Positions 52,206-63,600 of a DNA stretch of 64,000 bases are shown one piece after another. The notes beneath the pieces were generated by a model, which saw nothing but the letters and a program-made list of their open reading frames with translations, was not told the DNA's origin and did no database searches. The position numbers were made by a program, and so were the translations under genes. The stretch is from Owenia fusiformis. Lineage: Eukaryota. Location: positions 44,020,001 to 44,084,000 of the forward strand of contig CAIIXF020000001.1 in assembly GCA_903813345.2 (NCBI GenBank). Reading direction: 5' to 3'. How positions within the stretch are numbered: the stretch's first letter is position 1; every line of letters starts with the position of its first letter.

Positions 52206-52695
52206 GTTTTTGAATGCTTTACTGTGAACATGAACCCTAGGTAAATTACCTATTTACTGAAGTATTCAGGCAAATACCATCTAACTTGAAAGGCATTAGC
52301 TTTAAAACATATGTCCATGTATTTTTAACAGATTTTCACCATATACTTAAAAAGTTTATCTTTTAGCTGTTTCGTTGGTTATCCTTTGCTACAAACTACT
52401 TGTACATATACAGTGATGATTGTACTCATTATAACATAAATATATCAATATGAGAACAGTCTATTAGAAATTCAAACAAATACATATAAAGCAAAGTATT
52501 GTGACATACTTATTTAGTACTATATTTTAACATGATTACACATGTCTTTATCTTTTCTTCTATTTTCAAGAGGCTTCCACTTCACCAGTTCAGTTCACTG
52601 TATGATCTGCATGAGATATGGTCTATGCTGATAGTTGTACCACTCCTTAGATAATTCTCTTAACACCCCTTTAGTCCATATTATGCACATTGCAG

Positions 52696-52920
52696 ATGAT
52701 AATATACAAATGCAAGAGAAGGAAGAACGGGAGGAAGAGATCAAAGGACTTAGGGAGAAGAATGAGAAGCTAGAGCAAGTTGTACGTGGATTACAACGTG
52801 AAGTTGTAGAATTGAGACGTATTAAAACAACATATTGTGACAGTAATAGTGCAAATGAAATCAAGTTTGACTATATTCAGTCACAACAGGAGCTCAGTAG
52901 GGCAAAGGAGTCAATTACTG
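52696..52920 (+). CDS. KAZN: Kazrin coding exon 3 (coiled coil)
   Basis: Acceptor cattgcag|, donor G|gtaaat. Encodes QEKEEREEEIKGLREKNEKLEQVVRGLQREVVEL...QQELSRAKESIT. Phase 1/1. Confidence 0.88.
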
Positions 52921-53479
52921 GTAAATATATTTTATTGTATTTGAGATGCTAAATCCATTACTGTATGATGTATGAATGTCAACATAACCTTTTAATCAAG
53001 GACATCATTGTATAATATCGGGAGTCTACTTATTTTTAAAAATAGATTCCCATAATTTCATTCATTTTCCTAGATAGCAAGTACAATTTTTATTTCTCTG
53101 TAATACCATTTATTCCTGTCTCATACATTGAAAGCATATAAGCTTGGAGTTTTGTTTGAGTCAGGGAAAATCCTATATAATGTACTATATCTAGTACTAG
53201 ACAAATATTTAAAAAAAATGAGAAGTCAAAAATCACTCCCACTCACTTGTTGAGCAATTTTTTTACCAAATTGTATTTCTAGTATTTACCGCCAAGTATT
53301 GGTCAACACCGCAAAGTATTGGTCAGCGTGCTACCATATTGACTTTTGGGTCTTTGATATCATTTTTGAGTTAGATGTAAGGCAAAAAAAACATGTCCTT
53401 CTGTTAATGAAACATTTCTATTACATGCTGCTACTTTTACACTATGATCTATGTACATGTTCCACATATTTTTACTCAG

Positions 53480-53640
53480 CGATGAAACTTGACCGGAAGC
53501 GGCTTAAGTCAGAAAAGGTGGATCTACTGAGCCAAATGAAACAGCTCTACTGCACACTAGAGGATAAGGAATCTGAGCTGAGGGACTTCATACGTAACTA
53601 TGAGATGCGTATGAAGGAAAGTGATGATACAATAAAGCAG
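53480..53640 (+). CDS. KAZN: Kazrin coding exon 4
   Basis: Acceptor tttactcag|, donor CAG|gtaaaa. Encodes AMKLDRKRLKSEKVDLLSQMKQLYCTLEDKESELRDFIRNYE, the diagnostic kazrin motif (vertebrate AMKADRKRLKGEKTDLVSQMQQLYATLESREEQLRDFIRNYE). Phase 1/0. Confidence 0.95.
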
Positions 53641-54078
53641 GTAAAACACAGAATAAAGTCCTTAGTCTTGCATCAAGCTTTTAACATCAACCTGAGTTAG
53701 AGAGGAAATCATGCTTAGTCATGATGGTGGAAAATCACTCCACCAATGAACGAATTGAACCCTTGAATTATCAATCTTCAGTCATACCACTCAGGTCTAT
53801 AGATGACTGGCTCACCTGTCTTTTCAGGTTGTGTAACATTTGTTTGTGTTTTCTACTGCTTAGATACAAACAGTCATGTAAAAAAATATTAAGATTCCTG
53901 AAATTAAGATGTTGTTATGATTTTGCTATACTAAAGCAGTGAAAGAGAATTTAATTCTATAAGGACAATTTTGATGATTTCAATAAAAAGATTTTCTACA
54001 ACATTTAAGAACTTCAGTAATTTCAACCCATTTTCTACTTAAAACCAGTTTTCAACCTGTTTCGTCACTATGTTACAG

Positions 54079-54240
54079 CTAGCATTTGAGAAGGAGGAAT
54101 CTGAGCGAGAGAAGTGGGAGATCCTAGCCCGAGGCCGAGAAGCAGCGGAGAGGTCTGTTAAAGTGCGTAACCAGCTATTTGAAGCTGAGGGAAGAGTAAA
54201 GGCCCTTGAGGAGGAACTTCAACAACTGCAACAGGAACGA
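54079..54240 (+). CDS. KAZN: Kazrin coding exon 5
   Basis: Acceptor tgttacag|, donor CGA|gtatgt. Encodes LAFEKEESEREKWEILARGREAAERSVKVRNQLFEAEGRVKALEEELQQ, with the kazrin 'EREKWE' motif. Phase 0/0. Confidence 0.93.
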
Positions 54241-54721
54241 GTATGTAAACCAAAAGATCTGCTCAACTTTCACAAGAGCTAGACTTTGTTAAGACTCTGA
54301 ATTTATAAATACAGGGTGGGCCAAAAATGTTACCCTTATTATATTCTTGCCAGTTCTGAAGTGGGAACATTTTGAGACTACTTTGACATTCTTTTATGTA
54401 GCCTATATTCAATATTTTAGTAGCCAACATTCATCCAAACTCCTATAAAAGCTACATTTGAAATTCTTTGGATATTCAAATCAGCATCAAACCTAAAACT
54501 AGAGGCACAAATGGCAACCATATAAAATGCAAGGCAATGCCTAGAGATCCAACAATATTCAAAGAGAAGACTGTTGAGAATGTTGAGTCCATCTTTAAGT
54601 TGTTGAAGCAAAACAAAATATATTGCAGTCCAAAAGAGGAACTACTGTGGATTATAAGTTTATGTGATATTATAAGGTACCTCTGTACAAATTGACACAA
54701 AAAATGTATTCATTGTTTTAG

Positions 54722-54851
54722 CAGGCAAGATTAACATCAACAACTTTAGGGGACGATACAACTTCAGGGTCAAATTTGACATCCATACATTCCAACAACA
54801 ACACCATAGAAACACCAGAGAGCCTGGACACTAATGGGGCCACAGGCTTTT
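54722..54851 (+). CDS. KAZN: Kazrin coding exon 6 (Ser/Thr-rich linker); absent from the ORF track
   Basis: Acceptor gttttag|CAG (tandem TAG-CAG), donor T|gtaagt. Open frame QARLTSTTLGDDTTSGSNLTSIHSNNNTIETPESLDTNGATGF. Phase 0/1 exactly bridges exons 5 and 7. Confidence 0.82.
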
Positions 54852-55091
54852 GTAAGTATTAACATGTGCTGGAATGGGGTTTTTGATTCTGTACACATAC
54901 ACCAATGTTCAAATGATAAAATGTTAGTATCAAATGTGAGATCAGCACATTAAAGGACAGAAAATTAGGTAAGAGGTCATACATTCAATGTGCTAGAACA
55001 TACTTTAATCAGTTCAGAACTCAAACTGCAAGTTTATATTTATACTGCCACCTATTAGACTATATATAACTTATTCTATTCTACATTCTAG

Positions 55092-55307
55092 TTACTACTA
55101 GCACACCAGTAGAAATGAGACACCCCAGAGTGCCAGAAGCAGCTGCCAGTGAGGAGGACTTAAAACGACTTGAAGAGCTCCACACTATAAAAGTGCCAGA
55201 AAATGTGAAGTTTAAAAAGAAGAAAAGTAGTGGATTCAGGTCTTTTTCTCAAGTGTTCACAAAAGGCAGGAACAGAAGATCACTTGCAATGGACCCAAAA
55301 CTTTTAG
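55092..55307 (+). CDS. KAZN: Kazrin coding exon 7 (basic/NLS-like segment)
   Basis: Acceptor cattctag|, donor G|gtaatc. Encodes ...FKKKKSSGFRSFSQVFTKGRNRRSLAMDPKLL, similar to the kazrin basic motif KKKK..GFGSISRVFARGKQRKSLDP. Phase 1/1. Confidence 0.88.
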
Positions 55308-55588
55308 GTAATCCTTTCTGTACAGAAACATACCATTTTTTTACTTTCATCCTATGTAACATGCCAATGAAATATTTATATGGCGTTGTCAGATGACTGA
55401 AATAAGCAGGTTGAAATTATTAGTAAAGCATTTCAGAAAGATGAGTCAAATTGTGTATTCAGATGTTTTCAAACCGTAGCATTAAAGGTGCTTGAAAGAG
55501 TAATACAAATATTAAACTAGATACAGATGAAATATCAGAAATTGTTTTTCTTTGGTAAATAAAGGTGTCACTGCATGTGTTCTTTCAG

Positions 55589-55675
55589 AATATGACAAAG
55601 ACAGTCCCGGAGGTCTTAAAGTACTCAATACTTCTAATTACAGAGAAAAACAGGAAATAGTTCGACAATGTAAAG
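55589..55675 (+). CDS. KAZN: Kazrin coding exon 8 (linker preceding SAM1); gene continues beyond the window
   Basis: Acceptor tctttcag|, donor G|gtaatt. Encodes EYDKDSPGGLKVLNTSNYREKQEIVRQCK. Phase 1/1, no stop. No SAM-domain exon was recognised in 55676-64000. Confidence 0.8.
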
Positions 55676-55762
55676 GTAATTATTTTGAACATAGGTTCCA
55701 TAGTTACTCAAGAAAAAAACCTCAAAAATTAAATCTTTGAAAGAATTTTCATAGAAGCTTTG

Positions 55763-56155
55763 TTTTTATCGCACCTTAAAAGCTACGATATTGTCGTCAG
55801 CTTGACGGGCGGTGGTGGGGCGGCATCTCACTTTCTTGTCAACACGATTCCAGGAAAACTACTCGATGGATTTACTTCAAATTTGCAAACATGTTACATG
55901 GAAAAAGTTCTAGAGCCGATTAACTTTTCGGTGGCCATCTTGCATTCTGGCGGCCATCTTGGAAGTTTTTAAATAAATCTTGTCATCGTGATTCCAGGAA
56001 AACTACCTTACGGATTTACTTCAAATTTTTACACATGTTACATGGTAAGAAGTTGTAGAACTGATTAACTTTTTGGCGGCCATCTTGCTTTCTGGCGGTC
56101 ATCAAGCCCACACTGCTATGTTTTAGGAACGATATTGTTCATCCTGTGCCTTGTT
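55763..56155 (+). mobile_element. Short HINE-like element with two core repeats
   Basis: TTTTTATCG start, GGCGG-rich patch, two copies of GATTCCAGGAAAACTAC..GGATTTACTTCAAATTT..ACATGTTACATGG..GGCCATCTTG, and a CTTGTT end. Confidence 0.6.
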
Positions 56156-56304
56156 AATATCTTTTTCAACACTTTATTCATTTCTTCAGAGAAATCAATT
56201 TATTTTGTTGAGACTTTAGACCTGTACCCATAAGTCTGTATCCTTAAAATTTCAACCTTGACTTGTGGATACACCCTTATAAAAAATCCGACCTTGAAAT
56301 TCCG

Positions 56305-56500
56305 AAAACAAATGGTTGCCAACCATTGCGCAATCATTGCTCCAACCATTGCTGTAATGATTGCCAACCATTGGCATGTAATCATTACAATTGTGGTTGC
56401 GAATTATTGCAAATGTTTCAATGATTTGTAATCATTACAAATCATTGGCAACTTTGAATGATTTTCTTGCAACCATTGCAACTCAATGCAACCATTTTCA
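56305..56500. repeat. Array of short direct/inverted CAA(C/T)CATTG motifs (transposon subterminal-like)
   Basis: About 12 copies of AACCATTGC / AATCATT / AATGATT in 190 bp. Confidence 0.6.
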
Positions 56501-56731
56501 CTTTGAGAAAAATCCATAGTTGTGAAGGACTAGATCTAATGTAAAAGTCACTATTTTAAGTTGCATCTAATAAATGATACAATAACCTTGCCTGTTTAAA
56601 TTGCATTGGCATGTATACAGTATATAATAATCTAAGACTGACATCCTTGGATTTCAAACACCTCTATGAAATTACAATGACATGTCAAAAACAATTATTA
56701 GTACCAACAAAAAGTTCCAAAAAGCAAGCCC

Positions 56732-57091
56732 AATATCCTGTTTAAGAACACCTATTCTTACTATTGAAAATGGATTCTTGCAATACTGTCCAACATGAAT
56801 CTACTCGTTGAAACTCAATCAACTTAAGTTCTTCAGAGAAAATAGAGAATTTCAGCAAGGGTACATTGACTTTAACATGGTGACATACATGCAGGATACA
56901 TGATGGTATCCTGATGCTAAGTCATTGGCCAATGATGTATGTTCCCATATTAAATCAATGTACCCTTGCTGAAATCCTCATTTTCTCAGAAGAACTCAAG
57001 TTGATCGAGTCTTAACAAGTAGATCTGTGTTGGTGAGTATTACTAGAATCCATTTTCATTAGTAAGAATAGGGGTTCTTAAACAGGACATT
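56732..57091. mobile_element. Foldback (palindromic) element
   Basis: AATATCCTGTTTAAGAACACCTATTCTTACTA ... TAGTAAGAATAGGGGTTCTTAAACAGGACATT. Arms of ~160 bp with two small hairpins in the centre. Confidence 0.85.
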
Positions 57092-57415
57092 AAAGCTTAA
57101 CTATGGCCTTTTTGATTTTTTCGTTTAGTACTCTATAGGATAACATTATTGTCCTAAACACTGAGTAAGATTTTGAAAATAATTTTGAAAATAAAATTTG
57201 TCAAAGCACGCGTACATTAGTTAATGCCATTTCCTGACACTTCATGTTGGAATTAAAAAACAGTTCAACATTAATATTTGCTACAGCAACAAAAAGACTA
57301 CATGAAGATGCATGTAGAAATAATCTTGATATACTTCATTAAATAATCAAAATTTAATCAAAGTGATATCATATTTGAAGTCTACATGTAAAATTGCATC
57401 TAGAAATGTGGTTAA

Positions 57416-58148
57416 CCCCCTATCACACCAAACTTGTTCTTACCCGTTCTTGCCAGTCCTACGAAAACGTCGTAAAACGGGCTCAATCTGGCTGTGGTCG
57501 GGAAATATGTCTCAGGTCGCACCACGTCGGTGTGCAACGTAGTAGAACGCTTCCCTTAGTCTAGAAGGTCAACATGACCTGATTACAGAACGTTAGTGTC
57601 GCCATCGAATTTTGAATCGATTCAAAATTCTAAAATCACATTCCCGTCTGAGAACGATCATAAAGTTCGTAAATAGACCTTAGAAAGTTGCAGCTACGTT
57701 CATTCCGTTCGCACACAGTTTTGAAGAACGCAGTGGCAACTTGTTTGGTGTGATAGCTTTTTTTTTGCTTACTCGTTCATAAGCAGTGTTAAATACGTTC
57801 TCAATCAGTTTAAACCCGTTTGCAATTAGTTCTACCTCGTTCTCAACACGTCCTCAGACAATTCAACTCGTTGTTAAAACGTCCCTAGTAGGATTGAAGT
57901 ACGACGGTTCCGTTCGTAGTACGTCCAGCTCGTCGTTAGTACGTTGTCACTCTTTCTAATTGTAGAACGTGACGACCACGAGAACATTTTGAGCATTGTC
58001 TAAGTTCTAGAGGACCTACCCGTTCGAGTACGTTCGATGAAGTTTGTGAATAGATCCCAAATGGTTCTTAGTAGGTCCAGTCCGTTCGTACACAGTTGAA
58101 GCCCGTTTTTGAGAACGTAGTGAGAACTAGTTTGGTGTGATAGTAGGG
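57416..58148. mobile_element. TTAA-flanked non-autonomous DNA transposon (piggyBac-type target; Harbinger not excluded)
   Basis: TTAA|CCCCCTATCACACCAAACTTGTTCT ... AGAACTAGTTTGGTGTGATAGTAGGG|TTAA. CpG-rich interior, with an extra internal TIR-like copy at ~57743-57756. Confidence 0.8.
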
Positions 58149-58150
58149 TT

Positions 58151-60605
58151 AAACAAGAACACAAATGTGTACAAAATGTCCCCACCAATGGGTGATCCCA
58201 TCAAATGGTTATCCTGAAAATGAGTAGACAAGACTTTACCAACACAATTTTAATTGATCCGTCACACAGTTAACTAGAAAACATGTAAACAAGATTTTAG
58301 GATGGAAAATCCAAAATGGCTGCCTTGACATTTACCCAGAATGTCAAAAAACTAATCTGTTCCTAGATTTTCATACTAAGAATCATCCCTGAAAATATGA
58401 CATTGATCTACCAAATGGTTCACCTGAAAACGCGTAGACAAGACTTTACAGACAAGATTTTAGGGCAGAAAATCCAAAATGGCTGCCATGACATTTACAC
58501 AGAATGCCAAAAACACTAATCAGATGTAGATTTTCACACTAAGAATCATCCCTGAAAATTTGAAATTGATCTACCAAACGGTTCACCTAAAAACGTGTAG
58601 ACAAGACTTTACAGGCAAGATTTTAAGACGGAAAATCCAAAATGGCTGCCTTGACATTTATCCAGAATGCCAAAAAACTAATCAGATCTAGATTTTCATA
58701 CTAAGAATCATCCCTAAAAATTTGAAATTGATCTACAGAACGGTTCACCTGGAAATGCATAGACAAGACTTTACAGACAAGATTTTAGGACAGAAAATCC
58801 AAAATGGCTGCCTTGACATTTGCCCAGAATGCCAAAAAACTAATCAGTTCTACATTTTCATACTAAGAATCATCTCTGAAAATTTTAAATTGATCTACCA
58901 AACGGTTCACCTGAAAACGCGTAGACAAGACTTTACAGACAAGATTTTAGGACGGAAAAGCCAAAATGGCCGCCTTGACATTTACCCAGAATGCCAAAAA
59001 ACAAATCAGATCTAGATTTTTATACTAAGAATCATCCCTGAAAATTTGAAATTGATCCACCAAACGGTTCACCTGAAAACATGTAGACAAGACTTCACAG
59101 ACAAGATTTTAGGACGGAAAAATCCAAAATGGCCGACAATAAAAAAGTGATTATGTGTTTTTGCTGATTTCTTCTTACAAAATTATCACATATTACTACT
59201 GTTAACAATAACATAGGCTTTTACAACAAAGTAGATCTGAAATTATTTATAAAGCTACTAAATAGTTAAAGTATGAAAACTCAAAAACACCATTCAATAT
59301 GATACAAAGTATTATCGTGCGCTAACTTTTCTTAAGACATTCAAAATGGCTGACATGACTGAGCTAACAGGTCCAAAACCTAATCAGATCTTAATCAGAT
59401 GTAGATTTTCACACTAAGAATCATCCCTGAAAATTTGAAATTGATCTACCAAACGGTTCACCTAAAAACGTGTAGACAAGACTTTACAGGCAAGATTTTA
59501 AGACGGAAAATCCAAAATGGCTGCCTTGACATTTATCCAGAATGCCAAAAAACTAATCAGATCTAGATTTTCATACTAAGAATCATCCCTAAAAATTTGA
59601 AATTGATCTACAGAACGGTTCACCTGGAAATGCATAGACAAGACTTTACAGACAAGATTTTAGGACAGAAAATCCAAAATGGCTGCCTTGACATTTGCCC
59701 AGAATGCAAAAAAACTAATCAGTTCTACATTTTCATACTAAGAATCATCTCTGAAAATTTTAAATTGATCTACCAAACGGTTCACCTGAAAACGCGTAGA
59801 CAAGACTTTACAGACAAGATTTTAGGACGGAAAATCCAAAATGGCCGCCTTGACATTTACCCAGAATGCCAAAAAACAAATCAGATCTAGATTTTTATAC
59901 TAAGAATCATCCCTGAAAATTTGAAATTGATCCACCAAACGGTTCACCTGAAAACATGTAGACAAGACTTCACAGACAAGATTTTAGGACGGAAAAATCC
60001 AAAATGGCCGACAATAAAAAAGTGATTATGTGTTTTTGCTGATTTCTTCTTACAAAATTATCACATATTACTACTGTTAACAATAACATAGGCTTTTACA
60101 ACAAAGTAGATCTGAAATTATTTATAAAGCTACTAAATAGTTAAAGTATGAAAACTCAAAAACACCATTCAATATGATACAAAGTATTATCGTGCGCTAA
60201 CTTTTCTTAAGACATTCAAAATGGCTGACATGACTGAGCTAACAGGTCCAAAACCTAATCAGATCTAGAATGAAGTGAGCTGAACAAGATGTTAAAGTTT
60301 TAAAAGCAACTGTGAAGCCGTTTTTCTTAAAGTTTGCAGACAAGGATTTTAGCATTTGACTTCAAAATGGCCGACAGGAAGTAGGTATCGAGTTAAAAAT
60401 TTTTCATCCACATCTGTATGCACTCATAAGTTATCCCTGAAAATTTGAAGGTGATATCTGTAGCAGTTTTGGAGAAAACTCCCGGACGTACGGACAGACG
60501 GACGGACAGACGGACGGACGGACGGACGGACGGACGTACGGACGGACAGACGGACGCGCCTAGGCCGACAATATGGCCCCACACTATGTGGTGGGGACAT
60601 AAAAA
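58151..60605 (-). mobile_element. Helentron-associated non-autonomous element with ~159-bp core repeats
   Basis: AACAAG end, subTIRs ATGTCCCCACC (~58176) / GGTGGGGACAT (60590-60600), and a (GGAC)n microsatellite at ~60483-60556. About 10 core repeats ACAAGACTTTACAGACAAGATTTTAGG..AAAATCCAAAATGGC. Internal 875-bp duplication. Confidence 0.88.
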
Positions 60606-60630
60606 GTATTTATCAACTTTGAAAAAATAA

Positions 60631-63600
60631 TTTTCTTTGAAAATGTGACTTTAAGGTCGGGGTTTTTCCCCATTGACCCCATGTTATAAAATCACAAAAA
60701 GTTAAATATGTTTTATTGTGTTGAACAGCCAACACACAATATTTTCTTTTACTGGACATATTTTCAATTATATAATTATGAGACACATAAGGGTGACATG
60801 AAAAATGATCCACTTAATCAGATGAATATTCAACTTTAAGAGAACCTTCTTTTATATTACCTGCCATATTAATTTACGAAAGAGTTTTGCTATTATAGAA
60901 TAAAGAGTATTTTGAGAACATAAAATGAATACCCTGTAGAATTACAATGTTTAGAAAACTGATTTGACTCATTAAGAGATATACACAATCATGATTTTTA
61001 TTTAAGAATACACCTTTCCCCCTCCCCAACCCCTGGCTTAGCCAATGCTAATGACAAAACCAAGACATATTGAATACATGTAGAAAACTGAAAATGCCCA
61101 TGCTTTAAAACAACTACATGTACATAGTACACAGTGTATTTCTGCTATTATAGAAAAGTAACATAAAAAAATTAATCTCAATAATCTGATATTCAAAAGA
61201 TTAAAGTCAATGACTTTTCTTAGAGTTGGTAATATCTAATAGTTTACATTGTTTCAATTAAATGTGTTGCACTGTCGGCCATTTTGGTCGGATGGCTAAT
61301 TAAAGTCGGCCATTTTGGTCGGATAACTAATTAAAGTCAGCCATTTTGGTTGGATGGCTAATTACTTTGCTATTGATATTATTTGCATTGACAGTTGTCA
61401 TGCAAACTGGTAAATGATAATTTGAAAATAATTTTACAAATGCTGTTTCCAGATAATAAAAGATTTTGCCGTTTTTGCTTTATATGATAAAAAGTTAGGC
61501 TATATTTTTTAACATTTTCAAAAATGTGAAATTGCATGTGGCATTGATTTCTTAATCTTGGGTCTAATTCCTCATAGAGCTCATTTTATAAAATCCTGAA
61601 AAGTGAAATATCTTGATAAGTACTGAAAAGATGATATTTGACACCTGCTTAATCCAAAGAATAAATAAAATGCATGATGAACTTTTGAAAAAGTCTGATG
61701 TCCTCAAACCTCAACTAAAATTAGCAAGATAAGTGATTTACTAATCTTTAGAGATAGTTTGATATTCATAGAGTGAAAATCAAAATAAGCAAGATAAGTG
61801 GTTTTCCCAACCACACAAAAACCTAAGAATCATAAATCTTTCCAATGAATCAGATGTATAAATAAGCTTGATATGAGACTGTTCTCTAAAAAGTTATACA
61901 GCTACAGGTAACAAAACTTAAAAGGCTGTCAGACTCTTTGTTATTTTAAGACAAATATAATCAGAGCAATCAGACATCCTTATTAAATTCTTGTCTGTGC
62001 TTCTTAACATTTAGAAAAAACATTACACAAGGTTTGATGCCTGTTTTATCTACTATTTCTGCCTTCAATTTTACCTTATATTCAGGCTATTGACATCACA
62101 GAAGACCAAGAAGTCTCTTGTGTATTTAAAAATTAAATTATTTTTTCATTTTTATAATTACACGAGTTATTCCAATATTCCAAAGCATTCAAATCTAACT
62201 TCAGTCCAGACTTATATATGATTAAACCCCCCTCCCTTCCACCAGTACATTAATCTAGATATCAACAAAAACCAAAAAAAGACTTAACAGAAACAGAAAT
62301 AAATACTTATTTAAATTTCAGTAAATGTTATTCAGTAATGTTTAACTTGCACACAATTGTGAATGATGCCCAATTGTTCAGTCCTAACTTCAATCCAAAC
62401 TAATATTTGATTTTGGTTTGATTTGATTCTACCAGAACATCAATCTAGATATCAACGGAAACTGAAATAAAGACTTCAATTTCAGTAAATGTTATTCAGT
62501 AGTCTCTGTTTTACTTGCACATAACAATGAATTATGCCAAAGCACTCAGCCCTTACTTCGGTCCATGGGCTCTGTTTGGTAGAGCCCATGTTCAGTCCAG
62601 ACTAATATTTGGGTTATCCCCTCCCTACTTCTACTAGTACACCAAAAATTAAGGTTTATTTCAATTTCAATATAAGTTAACATTTTAATTTTCTTTGAAA
62701 ATGTGACTTCTAGGTCAGAGAGATTCCCTATTGACCCCATGTTATAAAATCTTATGAAGTGAAATTTCTATTCTAGGGTTGGACAGATAATATATTCTTT
62801 TACTGGACATATTTTCAATATTGTATAATTATGAGACACATAAGGGTTAAACGAAAACTGATCCACTAAAACTGATGAATATTCTTATATACCTGCCATG
62901 TTAATTGACTCAAGAGTTTTGTTACAAAGTTTAGAAAACTGATTTGACTCATTAGAAATATACATGTCCACAATTGTGATTTCTTAAGAATACAATTGAT
63001 CACACCTCCCCCACCCCCTGGCTTAGCCAATGCTAATAACAAGATTTATTTAATACATGGTAGAAACTTGAAAATGTCTAATATGCTTTAAAACAACTAC
63101 TAGTTATATATATGTCATTATAGACGAGTAATATAAAAATTTCTAATCAATCTCAATAAGCTGATATTCAAAAGTTTAAAGTTCCATGACTTTTCTTTTG
63201 GTAATATCTAATAGTTTACATTGCTTCAATTAAATGTGTTGCATTGTCGGCCATTTTGGTCGGATGGCTAATTAAAGTCGGCCATTTTGGTCGGATAGCT
63301 AATTAAAGTCGGCCATTTTGGTTGGATGGCTAATTACTTTGTTATTGATATTATTTGCATTGACAGTTGTCATGCCAACTGGTAAATGATAATTTGAAAA
63401 TAATTTTACAAATGCTGTTTCCGGATAATAAAATATTTTGCAATTTTTGCTTTACATGATAAAGCGTTTTAAAAAATGTGAAATTACATGTGGCATTGAT
63501 TTCTTAATCTTGGGTCTAAATCCGCATAGAGCTCATGTTATCCTGAAAAGTGAAATATCTTGATAAATACTGAAAAGATGATATTTGATGAATAAAATTT

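Noticed and set aside
50097..52864. Minus-strand ORFs 50097-50291 and 52595-52864
   Set aside because: They are antisense shadows of kazrin exons.
58722..59890. Twin 97-aa ORFs resembling a duplicated gene
   Set aside because: They are read-through of 159-bp (multiple of 3) HINE core repeats within the 875-bp duplication.
60393..60630. ORFs with RTDG/SVRP repeats
   Set aside because: They are translations of the (GGAC)n microsatellite.
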